From Candidatus Nealsonbacteria bacterium DGGOD1a (GTDB taxonomy: Bacteria > Patescibacteriota > Minisyncoccia > Minisyncoccales > UBA5738): a DNA stretch of 64,000 nucleotides. The position numbers and the translations under genes were made by a program. Shown piece by piece: positions 37,507 to 47,581 of this stretch. Every line of letters begins with the position of its first letter. Position 1 is the first letter of the stretch. The notes beneath the pieces are model-generated. The model did not search any database, was not told the DNA's origin, and saw only the letters and a list, made by a program, of their open reading frames with translations. The stretch covers positions 6,222 through 70,221 of the forward strand of contig CP092821.1 in the NCBI GenBank assembly GCA_022530585.1. The letters are read 5' to 3'.

Positions 37507-37524
37507 AAGGGTCCGACCCTTTCA
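37507..37524. repeat. REP-like hairpin
   Basis: aaagggtccgaccctttc. Confidence 0.7.
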
Positions 37525-37587
37525 ACCCTTTCAATGGTTATAATCCAAATGCTTTTAAAGGGATAATTTTTTGAATGATATCGGAAT

Positions 37588-38919
37588 ATGGCGATTATAA
37601 ACAAAATCAAGAGAACGGCCCGGGGGTTGCTGCCGGGATTCGCGTTGGGCGGGTATCATTTTTTGCTGGCGCTTGCCGCGGCGGCGCGCTACGGTTTTCC
37701 ATCGCGCAAATTGAAAGTCATCGGCGTGACCGGCACCAACGGCAAATCGACCACGATTGAGTTTATTTCCGCGATCTTAAAAGAAGCGGGCTATAAGGTC
37801 GCGGTTTTGTCATCAATCAAGTTCGAGGTCGGGGAAGACCTGCGGATCAACAAAACCGGCAATACCATGCCGGGACGGTTTGCCGTGCAAAGCATACTGG
37901 CGCGGGCGGCCAAAGCCAAATGCGATTACGCGATCTTGGAAGTGACTTCGGAGGGCATCAAACAGCATCGCCACCGCTTTATTGATTTTACCGGCGCGGT
38001 ATTCACCAATTTAACCCCCGAACACATCGAAAGCCATGGCGGGTTTGATAATTACCGCAAGGCCAAACTTAAACTATTCAAGGCGGCCAAGGGTTTTCAC
38101 GCGGTCAACTGCGACGACGAAAACGCAAATTATTTTCTCGGGTTTAAAGCAAAACGCAAGTTTGGTTATGGTTTTTGCGGCAGTCAAGGCATCGGCCGCA
38201 ATGGTGCCGATTACGCGGTGATCTGCGCTCAAGATATTAAAACCGGTTTAAACGGCGCGCGATTTAGCGTTGGGAACGATAAGTTCGAGATAAATCTGGC
38301 CGGTGAGTTTAATATCCACAACGCGCTGGCCGCGATCTGTTGCGCGGTTTCCCAGGGAGTGGGGATGGACGCGTGCCAAAGGGCGATTTCCGGAATCAAG
38401 ATCGTGCCCGGGCGGATGGAAAAAGCCGGCGACTCGCCGCGGGTGTTTGTTGATTTCGCGTTCACTCCAAACGCGCTGGAAAAAGTTTATTCGGCCCTTG
38501 AGCGCGATTGCCGGGGGAAAAACGGGAAGCTTGTTTGTTTGCTGGGCGCGTGCGGCGGCGGCCGCGACAAGTGGAAACGGCCGATTTTGGGGCAAATCGC
38601 GGCCAAACATTGCGGTGAGATCATTTTGACCAACGAAGACCCTTATGACGAAGATCCGCGAAAAATTATCGATATGGTCAAAGACGGAGCGGTTGGGGCC
38701 GGTTTTAAGGGCGATATTCACGAAATTATGGATCGCCGGGAAGCGATCAGAAAAGCGCTTGAATTGACCGGGGCCGACGATGTGGCGATACTCACCGGCA
38801 AGGGAAGCATGCCGTGGACTTTTCTCGCCAATGGCGAAAAAATCCCGTGGAACGAAAAAGAAATCGTGGCCGAGGAGCTGGCAAAATTGCGCGAATATCT
38901 TGAGTCGCGAAACCATTGA
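37588..38919 (+). CDS. murE: Mur ligase family protein, MurE-like
   Basis: VIGVTGTNGKSTT (P-loop), TNLTPEHIESHG and LTNEDPYDEDP (in place of the DNPR motif). Confidence 0.7.
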   Translation: MAIINKIKRTARGLLPGFALGGYHFLLALAAAARYGFPSRKLKVIGVTGTNGKSTTIEFISAILKEAGYKVAVLSSIKFEVGEDLRINKTGNTMPGRFAVQSILARAAKAKCDYAILEVTSEGIKQHRHRFIDFTGAVFTNLTPEHIESHGGFDNYRKAKLKLFKAAKGFHAVNCDDENANYFLGFKAKRKFGYGFCGSQGIGRNGADYAVICAQDIKTGLNGARFSVGNDKFEINLAGEFNIHNALAAICCAVSQGVGMDACQRAISGIKIVPGRMEKAGDSPRVFVDFAFTPNALEKVYSALERDCRGKNGKLVCLLGACGGGRDKWKRPILGQIAAKHCGEIILTNEDPYDEDPRKIIDMVKDGAVGAGFKGDIHEIMDRREAIRKALELTGADDVAILTGKGSMPWTFLANGEKIPWNEKEIVAEELAKLREYLESRNH

Positions 38920-38980
38920 ATTCAAATACTCTGGAGACTAAGACCCCAAATACAAAGCGTTTCGCAACGCAAGACAATTT

Positions 38981-39025
38981 AAAAAGGGTCGGACACCTCA
39001 AATTTGGAGGGTCCGACCCTTTTTT
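38981..39025. terminator. Long REP-derived hairpin, likely terminator of the murE-like gene
   Basis: aaaaagggtcggacacctc...gagggtccgaccctttttt. Confidence 0.6.
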
Positions 39026-39113
39026 AAAATACGAATCGCGAAAAGCGTTTTTTTGTTGGAATTTCCGTTGAAAAAACTTGCAAGAATTCCAATAATTTAA
39101 CCTTGGTTTACCC

Positions 39114-39142
39114 TTGACAAATTCGCAGGATTGGAATACAAT
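39114..39142 (+). promoter_or_regulatory. Sigma70-type promoter (TTGACA-17-TACAAT)
   Basis: TTGACA at 39114-39119 and TACAAT at 39137-39142, about 130 nt upstream of the 3D-domain gene. Confidence 0.5.
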
Positions 39143-39271
39143 AGGTGGGTCACGATGAATTTGCGGGTTTTGCGCTTATGGGTCAATTTAAAGGGTAATT
39201 TAACAGTTTTCTGCGAAGCGCAAATACCCTAACCGCGGCATAGAAAGGCATCTGTGCGCCAGATTTAATTT

Positions 39272-39841
39272 ATGTGTATTTGCTTGAAGTGTCCCGCGTG
39301 GAGCAAAAGTTTGCTCATTTTCACTCTTGGTTTTTCCAGTTTATGGCTGGCCCTCCGGTTCAACGGCGCGTTAGCCATGGAAACAGCCGCGGTTTTGGAA
39401 CAATCGAACAAAGCCATGGTTTCCGGCAAAGCTCTCGAATTGATTTTTTCCGGAGTAATGATTTCGCAAGCCAATCCGTTGGAACTTAGGAACAACTCGG
39501 ATGTTTGCTCCAAAGAAAACGGTTTGAGCTTTTCAAAAACCGCGATTCGCAAGATTAGAGTGGTTTTGACGGCTTATTCCAGCACCGAGGCGCAAACCGA
39601 CAGCACGCCGTTTATCACGGCCAACGGCACCTATGTCCACGATGGAGTGGTTGCCAACAACGGCCTTCCGTTCGGCACCAAGATCCGAATTCCGGAATTG
39701 TACGGCAACAAAGAATTTTCGGTGGAGGATCGGATGCATTGGCGCATGGGGGATTACCGGTTTGATATCTGGTTCCCGTCCTATGAACAAGCCAAAAACT
39801 TCGGCGTGAGGTACGCCTATGTGGAAGTTCTGGAAAAATAA
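39272..39841 (+). CDS. 3D-domain (MltA/RlpA-like double-psi beta-barrel) cell-wall protein
   Basis: LTAYSSTEAQTDSTPFITANGT...GTKIRIPELYG...FSVEDRM...DIWF. Confidence 0.75.
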   Translation: MCICLKCPAWSKSLLIFTLGFSSLWLALRFNGALAMETAAVLEQSNKAMVSGKALELIFSGVMISQANPLELRNNSDVCSKENGLSFSKTAIRKIRVVLTAYSSTEAQTDSTPFITANGTYVHDGVVANNGLPFGTKIRIPELYGNKEFSVEDRMHWRMGDYRFDIWFPSYEQAKNFGVRYAYVEVLEK

Positions 39842-39851
39842 TTTTATCAAT

Positions 39852-39895
39852 AAAAAACCGTCCCGAGTTTATCAAAGGGCGGTTTTTTTGTTTTT
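39852..39895 (+). terminator. Intrinsic terminator
   Basis: aaaaaaccgtccc ... gggcggttttttt followed by a T-run. Confidence 0.65.
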
Positions 39896-39896
39896 G

Positions 39897-39978
39897 TGCC
39901 CGGGGTGGGACTTGAACCCACATGAGTTACCTCGCAACATTTTAAGTGTTGTGCGTGTGCCAATTTCGCCACCCGGGC
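39897..39978 (-). tRNA. tRNA-Leu(UAA), class II
   Basis: Hand-folded cloverleaf: acceptor gcccggg/cccgggc, anticodon arm caaca-cttaaaa-tgttg, 13-nt variable arm, T-arm gtggg-ttcaagt-cccac. Confidence 0.85.
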
Positions 39979-39989
39979 GATTAAGAATG

Positions 39990-40061
39990 AGGCCGGTATG
40001 AGAATCGCACTCATGTATAACAGTTTTGCAGACTGTCGCCTTACTACTTGGCTAACCGGCC
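39990..40061 (-). tRNA. tRNA-Cys(GCA), atypical T- and D-loops
   Basis: Acceptor ggccggt/accggcc, anticodon arm acagt-ctgcaaa-actgt, 3-bp D-stem with a 13:22 mismatch. The T-loop is tgcgatt (G at position 55) and the D-loop has no GG. Confidence 0.6.
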
Positions 40062-40298
40062 GTATTTCGTTTTTAGAAGTTCTTTTTGTTGGTGTGTTTT
40101 TAAAAACATCTCTTGGTTCATTGCTTCGCTTCGCGAATTGAATTCGCGATATTCCAACAATTCCCACGGTTTATATGCTTTTGTTGATTTTACTTTTCCC
40201 TGATTGTGCAAGCTTATTCTATTTTGTAAGTTGGCCGTACTTCCGATATAAATGTCATTATTTTTTAAACTTAGCAAAATATAGGTGTAATATTTCAT
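40044..40298 (-). CDS. Small stand-alone GIY-YIG nuclease
   Basis: 84 aa with YYTYILLS...DIYIGSTANLQNRISLHN...E motifs. The last 6 codons plus the stop lie inside the 5' end of tRNA-Cys. Confidence 0.8.
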   Translation of the reverse strand: MKYYTYILLSLKNNDIYIGSTANLQNRISLHNQGKVKSTKAYKPWELLEYREFNSRSEAMNQEMFLKTHQQKELLKTKYGRLAK

Positions 40299-40333
40299 AG
40301 CTTTTTGTATGGCTATGTACTGGTTGTGTTGTT

Positions 40334-40580
40334 GAGAATCGCACTCATGTATAACAGTTTTGTCTGGCTACGCCAGATCTCGCGGAGCGATGACAGACTG
40401 TCGCCTTACTACTTGGCTAACCGGCCGTATTTCGTTTTTAGAAGTTCTTTTTGTTGGTGTGTTTTTAAAAACATCTCTTGGTTCATTGCTTCGCTTCGCG
40501 AATTGAATTCGCGATATTCCAACAATTCCCACGGTTTATATGCTTTTGTTGCTGTCGCCTTACTACTTGGCTAACCGGCC
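40334..40580 (-). pseudogene. Partial duplicates of tRNA-Cys and of the GIY-YIG 3' end
   Basis: 40334-40362 = 40000-40028; 40394-40551 = 40029-40186 (158 nt); 40552-40580 = 40033-40061. A 31-nt insert (40363-40393) splits the anticodon of the partial copy. Confidence 0.85.
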
Positions 40581-40622
40581 ATAATAATTATAATATCTTG
40601 AATTACGAAACGCTTTGTATCC

Positions 40623-40660
40623 GGGGTCTATCCCTTGCGTAATCGCAAGGGTTAGACCCC
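40623..40660. repeat. REP-like composite palindrome
   Basis: ggggtctatcccttgcgtaatcgcaagggttagacccc. Confidence 0.8.
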
Positions 40661-40779
40661 TTCAATGGTATTTGAATTTAATTGTTTCGCAATCCAAAGT
40701 ATAATAGTAAAATTTAATACAAATTCGGCGAAATTTCAATGGTTATCCTCGCGGCCGCTTAAAATTCCAAAACGCGCGG

Positions 40780-41124
40780 TTATTTATCTTTGGTTTTCAG
40801 CCCCTCCAGAATGGTTTCAACTTGCTGGGCTTGCGCCGGGTTGGCGTCGGGCATGAAGATGATTTTCGGCACCGGGCGCATACGCAATTTTTTATTCAGC
40901 GCGCTTTGGAAAAACCGGGCGTTTCTTTCCATGCTGGCGACAATCTTCGTCCTTTCGCGGTCGGGGAGCACGCTGACATAAACCTTGGCTTCCTGCAAAT
41001 TGCCGCTAGCTTTGACTTTGGTTATGGTGATCAGCGTTTCCCGGCTTACGGAAAAATCCCGGGCGATCATTTCGGCCAGAATATCTTGGATCAAGGCTTC
41101 AATTTTTTCAATCCGGTGGTCCAC
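40780..41124 (-). CDS. rbfA: Ribosome-binding factor A
   Basis: RIEKIEALIQDILAEMI...ITITKVKASGNLQEAKVYVS. GTG start. Confidence 0.85.
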   Translation of the reverse strand: MDHRIEKIEALIQDILAEMIARDFSVSRETLITITKVKASGNLQEAKVYVSVLPDRERTKIVASMERNARFFQSALNKKLRMRPVPKIIFMPDANPAQAQQVETILEGLKTKDK

Positions 41125-41218
41125 TTCAATAAATTTTCAATTTTCAATTTCCGATTTTCATTGAATTTTCAATGAAAATTCTTTGATTAGAAATTTAATA
41201 GAAATTATAAATTAGAAA

Positions 41219-42718
41219 TTAGAAATTCTTTTCTTGGGTGTAGAAGACCAAATAGTCGCCTTCCTGAATTTTTTCCTGGCCTTCGTAGAGAATACCCACT
41301 TCTTCGCCCTTGCGGGCTTCGGCGATATCTTTTTTATTTTTTTGCAGATTGATCAACCGGCCCTGTCCGACCGAAGATTCGCCCCGGAAAACCTCGATCT
41401 TGACGCTTTTTTTCACTTCGCCTTCGACAATTTTACCGCCCACGATCTGGCGGCTTTTTTCCGCCCAGAAGCTCAACAAAACCTTCAATTTGCCGATGTC
41501 CTTGCGTTCAATTTGCGGCACCTTCATTCTTTCCATATACGCGCGCAGCCATTCGATCATCTCGTAGATTATTTCAAAGTTCATCACCCTGATTTTCTCC
41601 CGCTCGGCCATTATTTTGGCGTCATTGCCGGTTTTCACTTTGAAGCCGATGATAACCGCGCCGCTTGAACGCGCCATTTTTACATCATTGAGATTTATCT
41701 CGCCCGCGCCGGTGCTTAATATGTCAAAAGCGGTTTCGGTTTGGGGGATTTGGCCGATGGTTTCTTTCAACACCTCCAGCGATCCCAGAACATCGGCCTT
41801 GAGCACGATGTTGATGATTTTTTGCCCTTCTTTTTTTGCGGCCGGAATTTTATCCGCCGCGGCCTTCGCGATCCGGCCAAGCTCGGTTTTAACGAAGTTT
41901 TGCGCCGCTTCCATATCGGCCATCGCCTGAAAGGATTCGCCGATCACGGGTACGGTTTCAAACCCGATCGCCATTGCCGGCTGAGAGGGGAAGAGGGTGT
42001 CAATTTTTTTGCCGCGCGAATCCTCAAGGCTTTTTATTTTTCCAAAAGCGGTCGCGGTGGCGATAACCGTTCCCGGTTTTAAAACGCCGTCCTGAAGCAG
42101 GATGCTGGCGCTGGGGCCGCGGCGATGATCAAGCGAAGATTCGATAATTATGCCGCGGGCGGGTGAGTCCGGATCGGCCTGCAGGTTTTCCATCTCGGCG
42201 ACCAAGATTACCATTTCCAACAGTTCATCGATGCCTTTGCCCGATTTGGCCGAAACTCCGATCGCGGGAACGCCGCCGCCCCAGTCTTCGACCGTGATGT
42301 CTTCTTTTTGCAATTCGCGCTTGACTTTTTCCGGGTTGGCTCCGGGGAGGTCGATTTTATTCATCGCCACGATCATCGGAATAGAGGCTTTTTTGATGGC
42401 GGCGATCGCTTCTTTGGTTTGGGGTTTCAGCCCTTCTTCGGCCGCGACCACGAGAATCGCGATATCCGCGATTCTCGATCCGCGCAAGCGCATTTGTGAA
42501 AACGCCTCGTGGCCGGGGGTGTCGATGAAGGTGATTTTTTTTCCTTTGAAATCCGCCACCGACGCGCCGATGTGCTGGGTGATGCCGCCGGATTCTTTGT
42601 CGGCCACGCGAGTCTCGCGGATGTAATCCAAAATCGAGGTCTTGCCGTGATCGACATGGCCCATAACCACTACCACGGGCGGGCGAGTTATCAAGTTGGT
42701 TTTAGTTTTGGGAGTCAT
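41219..42718 (-). CDS. infB: Translation initiation factor IF-2 (short form lacking the N-terminal region)
   Basis: RPPVVVVMGHVDHGKTSILD, DTPGHEAF and NKID G-domain motifs. Start moved to ATG 42718. Confidence 0.9.
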   Translation of the reverse strand: MTPKTKTNLITRPPVVVVMGHVDHGKTSILDYIRETRVADKESGGITQHIGASVADFKGKKITFIDTPGHEAFSQMRLRGSRIADIAILVVAAEEGLKPQTKEAIAAIKKASIPMIVAMNKIDLPGANPEKVKRELQKEDITVEDWGGGVPAIGVSAKSGKGIDELLEMVILVAEMENLQADPDSPARGIIIESSLDHRRGPSASILLQDGVLKPGTVIATATAFGKIKSLEDSRGKKIDTLFPSQPAMAIGFETVPVIGESFQAMADMEAAQNFVKTELGRIAKAAADKIPAAKKEGQKIINIVLKADVLGSLEVLKETIGQIPQTETAFDILSTGAGEINLNDVKMARSSGAVIIGFKVKTGNDAKIMAEREKIRVMNFEIIYEMIEWLRAYMERMKVPQIERKDIGKLKVLLSFWAEKSRQIVGGKIVEGEVKKSVKIEVFRGESSVGQGRLINLQKNKKDIAEARKGEEVGILYEGQEKIQEGDYLVFYTQEKNF

Positions 42719-42864
42719 TAAAATAATTTTCAATTGCCAATTTTCAATTTCCAATAAATGTTTCAAATTCCAATGTTTCAAATAAAATACAAACAAGTAT
42801 CCCGTTTGGCTCATTGATGGTTTGAAAATTCAATGAAAATTAGAAATTGAAAATTGAAAATTTG
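42719..42864. repeat. AT-rich inverted-repeat element (family A)
   Basis: Left arm aattttcaattgccaattttcaatttcc; right arm agaaattgaaaattgaaaattt. The core shares cgtttgg(c/t)cattg with the element at 10371-10521. Confidence 0.55.
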
Positions 42865-43230
42865 TTATTTTTGTTTCTGTGCGATTTCGATGGCTTGTTT
42901 TTCCTCTTCGGTGAGTTTGAATTCGGAAGTTCCCTGTTTGATCGGTTTGCCGTAGACGCGGTTGGCTTCGCGCGAGAACAGGCTGGTGACGACCGCGCCA
43001 TTGTCGTTGCCGTCGAGTATGGCCAGCGAAAAGCTTTGATTGCCCCCAAAGCCTTCGAAAGGGTTGAATCTTACCATCCCGATTTTGTTCACATTGGCCA
43101 CGCTGTCTTTCTTCAAGGTTTCCATTTCCATCTTGACCTGTTTATATTCTTCTTTCAGGCTTTTGAATTGCGCCAAAATTTCATCAATATTTTGCGGCTC
43201 TTGAGTTTGTTTTTTGGAGAAAAGTGACAT
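42865..43230 (-). CDS. DUF4446 family protein
   Basis: VRFNPFEGFGGNQSFSLAILDGNDNGAVVTSLFSREANRVYGKPI is the family core. Confidence 0.65.
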   Translation of the reverse strand: MSLFSKKQTQEPQNIDEILAQFKSLKEEYKQVKMEMETLKKDSVANVNKIGMVRFNPFEGFGGNQSFSLAILDGNDNGAVVTSLFSREANRVYGKPIKQGTSEFKLTEEEKQAIEIAQKQK

Positions 43231-43323
43231 GGTAATTCGTAATGCAATGCGCGCTTAGCGCGCTGTTTTAATCCTTCAAAGAGGCGGGACGCTTAGCGTC
43301 CCAATTGCAACCGCTTGGCGTTG

Positions 43324-43410
43324 CGGTGGGAGGAGGAGTCGAACCTCCGATACCCTTGCGGGCATAACGGTTTTCGAAACCGTCCCATTCGGCCACTCTG
43401 GCATCCCACC
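43324..43410 (-). tRNA. tRNA-Ser(CGA), class II
   Basis: Acceptor ggtggga/tcccacc, anticodon arm acggt-ttcgaaa-accgt, long variable arm, T-arm ggagg-ttcgact-cctcc. Confidence 0.85.
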
Positions 43411-43680
43411 AACCCGCCAGAGGCGGGGAAGTTCTAAGCACAAATATCGAAATCCGAAACAAAATACAAAAATCAAAATAAAAAAACAACCGATTGCGAA
43501 ATGGGCAACAGGTTATTCATAGCATTTTTAAAGCCGGAAAGCAATTCCAACGGTTGCGATCGCTCGCCGGGATGCGTGGAGAGCCTGTCTCTCGCGTTAA
43601 CGGAAATCCTGTTTTCGGCGAAACGCCATCGGCCGCCGCGCAACAAAAAATCGGGGTTGTCCCGAAAATTGTTTTACCGG

Positions 43681-43753
43681 TGGGCGATAAGGGACTCGAA
43701 CCCCTGGCCTACTCAGTGTAAATGAGTCGCTCTACCAGCTGAGCTAATCGCCC
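43681..43753 (-). tRNA. tRNA-Val(UAC)
   Basis: gggcgat-ta-gctcagctggtagagc, anticodon arm actca-tttacac-tgagt, T-loop ttcgagt. Confidence 0.85.
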
Positions 43754-43815
43754 GAAAATGCGGTAATTTGCGCGTGCAATTTGTAGTTTGAGAAAATTTT
43801 CCGGTGAAAATTTTG

Positions 43816-43899
43816 TGCCCGGGGCGAGACTTGAACTCGCACGGGGTTGAGCCCACTAGCACCTCAAGCTAGCTCGTATACCAATTTCGACACCCGGGC
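43816..43899 (-). tRNA. tRNA-Leu(GAG), class II
   Basis: Acceptor gcccggg/cccgggc, anticodon arm ctagc-ttgaggt-gctag, long variable arm, T-arm gcgag-ttcaagt-ctcgc. Confidence 0.85.
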
Positions 43900-43975
43900 A
43901 AATCCCGTTTTAGCGGGATGGCTGATAGTTCGCGGTCACTGCTTCGCGCAAAACCGATTTAAAGCAAGAAGCTTT

Positions 43976-44356
43976 TTAGGCTTCTTGCTTTGATTCCTTG
44001 GCGGGTTTGGTTTCCGCGCGCTTTATGCGGGATCTTTTGCCTTTGGCGGTGCGCATATAATAAATTTTGGCGCGGCGGACTTTGCCGATCTTGATCACCT
44101 CAATCTTGTCGATGATCGGCGAGTGGAGCGGGAATATCTTTTCCACGCCCACGCCCGAAGCGATTTTGCGCACCGTGATGGCCGCGCCGGTTTCGTTTCC
44201 GTGTTTGCGGCACATTACCAGGCCTTCGAACATTTGGATTTTATCCTTATCCTTGTCTTTATATTTTTGGTAGACGCGCACCGTGTCTCCCGCTTTTATC
44301 ACCGGCAAATTTTGCGATTTGCCGAGTTGTGCGAATTCTGCGATTTGCTTTTCCAT
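43976..44356 (-). CDS. rplS: 50S ribosomal protein L19
   Basis: KAGDTVRVYQKY...FEGLVMCRKHG...ITVRKIASGVGVEKIFPLHSP. Confidence 0.9.
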   Translation of the reverse strand: MEKQIAEFAQLGKSQNLPVIKAGDTVRVYQKYKDKDKDKIQMFEGLVMCRKHGNETGAAITVRKIASGVGVEKIFPLHSPIIDKIEVIKIGKVRRAKIYYMRTAKGKRSRIKRAETKPAKESKQEA

Positions 44357-44433
44357 AATGTTGTTTGTTCTAAAATTGGATTTTGGTCTGACAAGTGATT
44401 ACTTTAAACTAAAATTGCTTAAAAGTCAAAGGG

Positions 44434-44505
44434 TGGGCAGTACAGGATTTGAACCTGTGACCCCTACTATGTCAAAGTAGTGCGCTACCCCTGCGCCAAC
44501 TGCCC
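44434..44505 (-). tRNA. tRNA-Val(GAC)
   Basis: Acceptor gggcagt/actgccc, anticodon arm ctact-ttgacat-agtag, T-arm acagg-ttcaaat-cctgt. Confidence 0.85.
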
Positions 44506-44521
44506 GTATTGATTTTATCTG

Positions 44522-44595
44522 TGCGCGTGGATGGATTCGAACCATCTACCTATGACTTATAAGGTCATTGCTCTAACCGAGTGAGCTACACGCGC
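44522..44595 (-). tRNA. tRNA-Ile(UAU)
   Basis: Acceptor gcgcgtg/cacgcgc, D-arm gctc-actcggtta-gagc, anticodon arm atgac-cttataa-gtcat, T-arm gatgg-ttcgaat-ccatc. Confidence 0.8.
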
Positions 44596-44618
44596 GTAGC
44601 AACCGGTGGGGCGATTGC

Positions 44619-46448
<1,830 letters not shown>

Positions 46449-46469
46449 TGGAAATTCGATATTCGGATT

Positions 46470-47300
46470 TTATTTTTCTCCGTTTTCTTCTTTCAAGGAG
46501 AGGAACACTTTGCCGTTGCTGATTTCGATGATCTTGGCTTTGGTTTTGCCGCCGATCTTGAAGTTTTCCGAGAGATTCTGGGCGAGTTTTTCCGGAATTT
46601 GCGCCACCGGAATCAGGCCTTCGATGTTTTCCGCGCCGAAACGCACAAAGATGCCGAATTCCATCACGCCGGTGACATCGCCTTCGATTTCCTGGCCGAT
46701 TTGGTATTTCTTCAGTCGTTCTTCGCGCATTTCGATCTCGGCCATTTTTTCCGACAGGATAATCTCGCCGGTTTTGGGTTTGAGGTTTAAAATCCGCACC
46801 GAAAGGTCGGTACCCACGAATTTTTGAAGTTCTTTCAATATCTTGTCCGGATCGCCGCCCATAACTTTGGGGTAATGCGCGCTGGCCAGCTGGGATACGG
46901 GCAAAAACGCCGGCAGTCCGGCAACTTTGGCGATCAAACCGCCTTTGTTGGCGCCCATGATCTTGATTGTGACCGGAGTGCGGTTTTCCAAGCTGTCTTT
47001 CAATTCGTCCCAAACCAATTTGCGCGTGGCGCCGCTGACCGATAATTCAATGTATCCGTCTTCGTTTTCCAGGCTGGAAATCTTTGCCGAAATGGAATCG
47101 CCTTCGTTGATATCCTTCAGGCGGTCTTTGATTTCGTAAAATTCCTTGCCGTAAACGATGCCGGTGCCGATCGCGCCCAAGTCCACGAAAAGGGACGAAC
47201 GCTCCTGGACGATAACCGTTCCTTTAACAATTTCTCCGACCTTCGGAGGATTAATTGAAGCAACAGGAGCGATGCTGCTTTTAGGTGTTTCTTTTGTCAT
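46470..47300 (-). CDS. S1 RNA-binding domain protein (three S1 repeats; ribosomal protein S1-like)
   Basis: A G(E/D)IV(K/E)GTV...FV(D/R)(L/F)G pattern repeats. Start moved to ATG 47300. Confidence 0.75.
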   Translation of the reverse strand: MTKETPKSSIAPVASINPPKVGEIVKGTVIVQERSSLFVDLGAIGTGIVYGKEFYEIKDRLKDINEGDSISAKISSLENEDGYIELSVSGATRKLVWDELKDSLENRTPVTIKIMGANKGGLIAKVAGLPAFLPVSQLASAHYPKVMGGDPDKILKELQKFVGTDLSVRILNLKPKTGEIILSEKMAEIEMREERLKKYQIGQEIEGDVTGVMEFGIFVRFGAENIEGLIPVAQIPEKLAQNLSENFKIGGKTKAKIIEISNGKVFLSLKEENGEK

Positions 47301-47526
47301 AATTGAAACTCTACAACAAATCCCTTTATTTTTCAAGAGGCTGTATTGTAGGGTTTGTTGCCGAATTGGCTTCAACCGCAATTTCCATTTTTCGGCGGCA
47401 AAGAATTCATCATTCGTTGCCGGATTTAGCTTAAATATGCCTCCTCATTCTTCATTCTTTTCGCTCGAAAACTGAAAATTTCGTTCTGAAGCTAATTCGG
47501 CAACAGACCCTTGTAAAGCGCCTTGT

Positions 47527-47555
47527 TTGGCAATCGTCTAAAAATCGTATATAAT
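47527..47555 (+). promoter_or_regulatory. Sigma70-type promoter (TTGGCA-17-TATAAT) upstream of fic
   Basis: TTGGCA at 47527-47532 and TATAAT at 47550-47555, 26 nt before the ATG. Confidence 0.5.
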
Positions 47556-47581
47556 GAGTATATATTTAATTATGATATTTC

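Noticed and set aside
39143-39271. 130-nt leader of the 3D-domain cell-wall gene as a c-di-AMP (ydaO-type) riboswitch.
   Set aside because: The characteristic GGGGA / CCGA / ACGGGG pseudo-symmetric motifs were not found by eye. Only a promoter call is retained.
40363-40393. 31-nt insert between anticodon positions 34 and 35 of the partial tRNA-Cys copy as a tRNA intron (the group I position known from tRNA-Leu(UAA)).
   Set aside because: It is far too short for a group I intron. The copy also lacks its 3' acceptor strand, and the intervening 365 nt to the next 3' half contain duplicated exon sequence rather than intron helices.
12040-40660. Repeated palindromic hairpins as a possible CRISPR array.
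   Set aside because: There is no constant-length direct repeat alternating with unique spacers. The copies are dispersed, occur in both orientations and fall into several sub-families. No cas genes are present.
43411-43680. 270-nt ORF-poor gap in the tRNA cluster with strings resembling 4.5S/SRP RNA (CCGGAAAGCA...GCCGGGAUGCGUGG).
   Set aside because: The conserved helix-8 core (GGAAGCAGCC opposite AGGUCAGG with a GNRA loop) is absent, and I could not fold a long closing helix. ORFs 43494-43721 and 43501-43725 run into tRNA-Val and are unlikely to be genes. The region stays unassigned; a cmscan would settle it.
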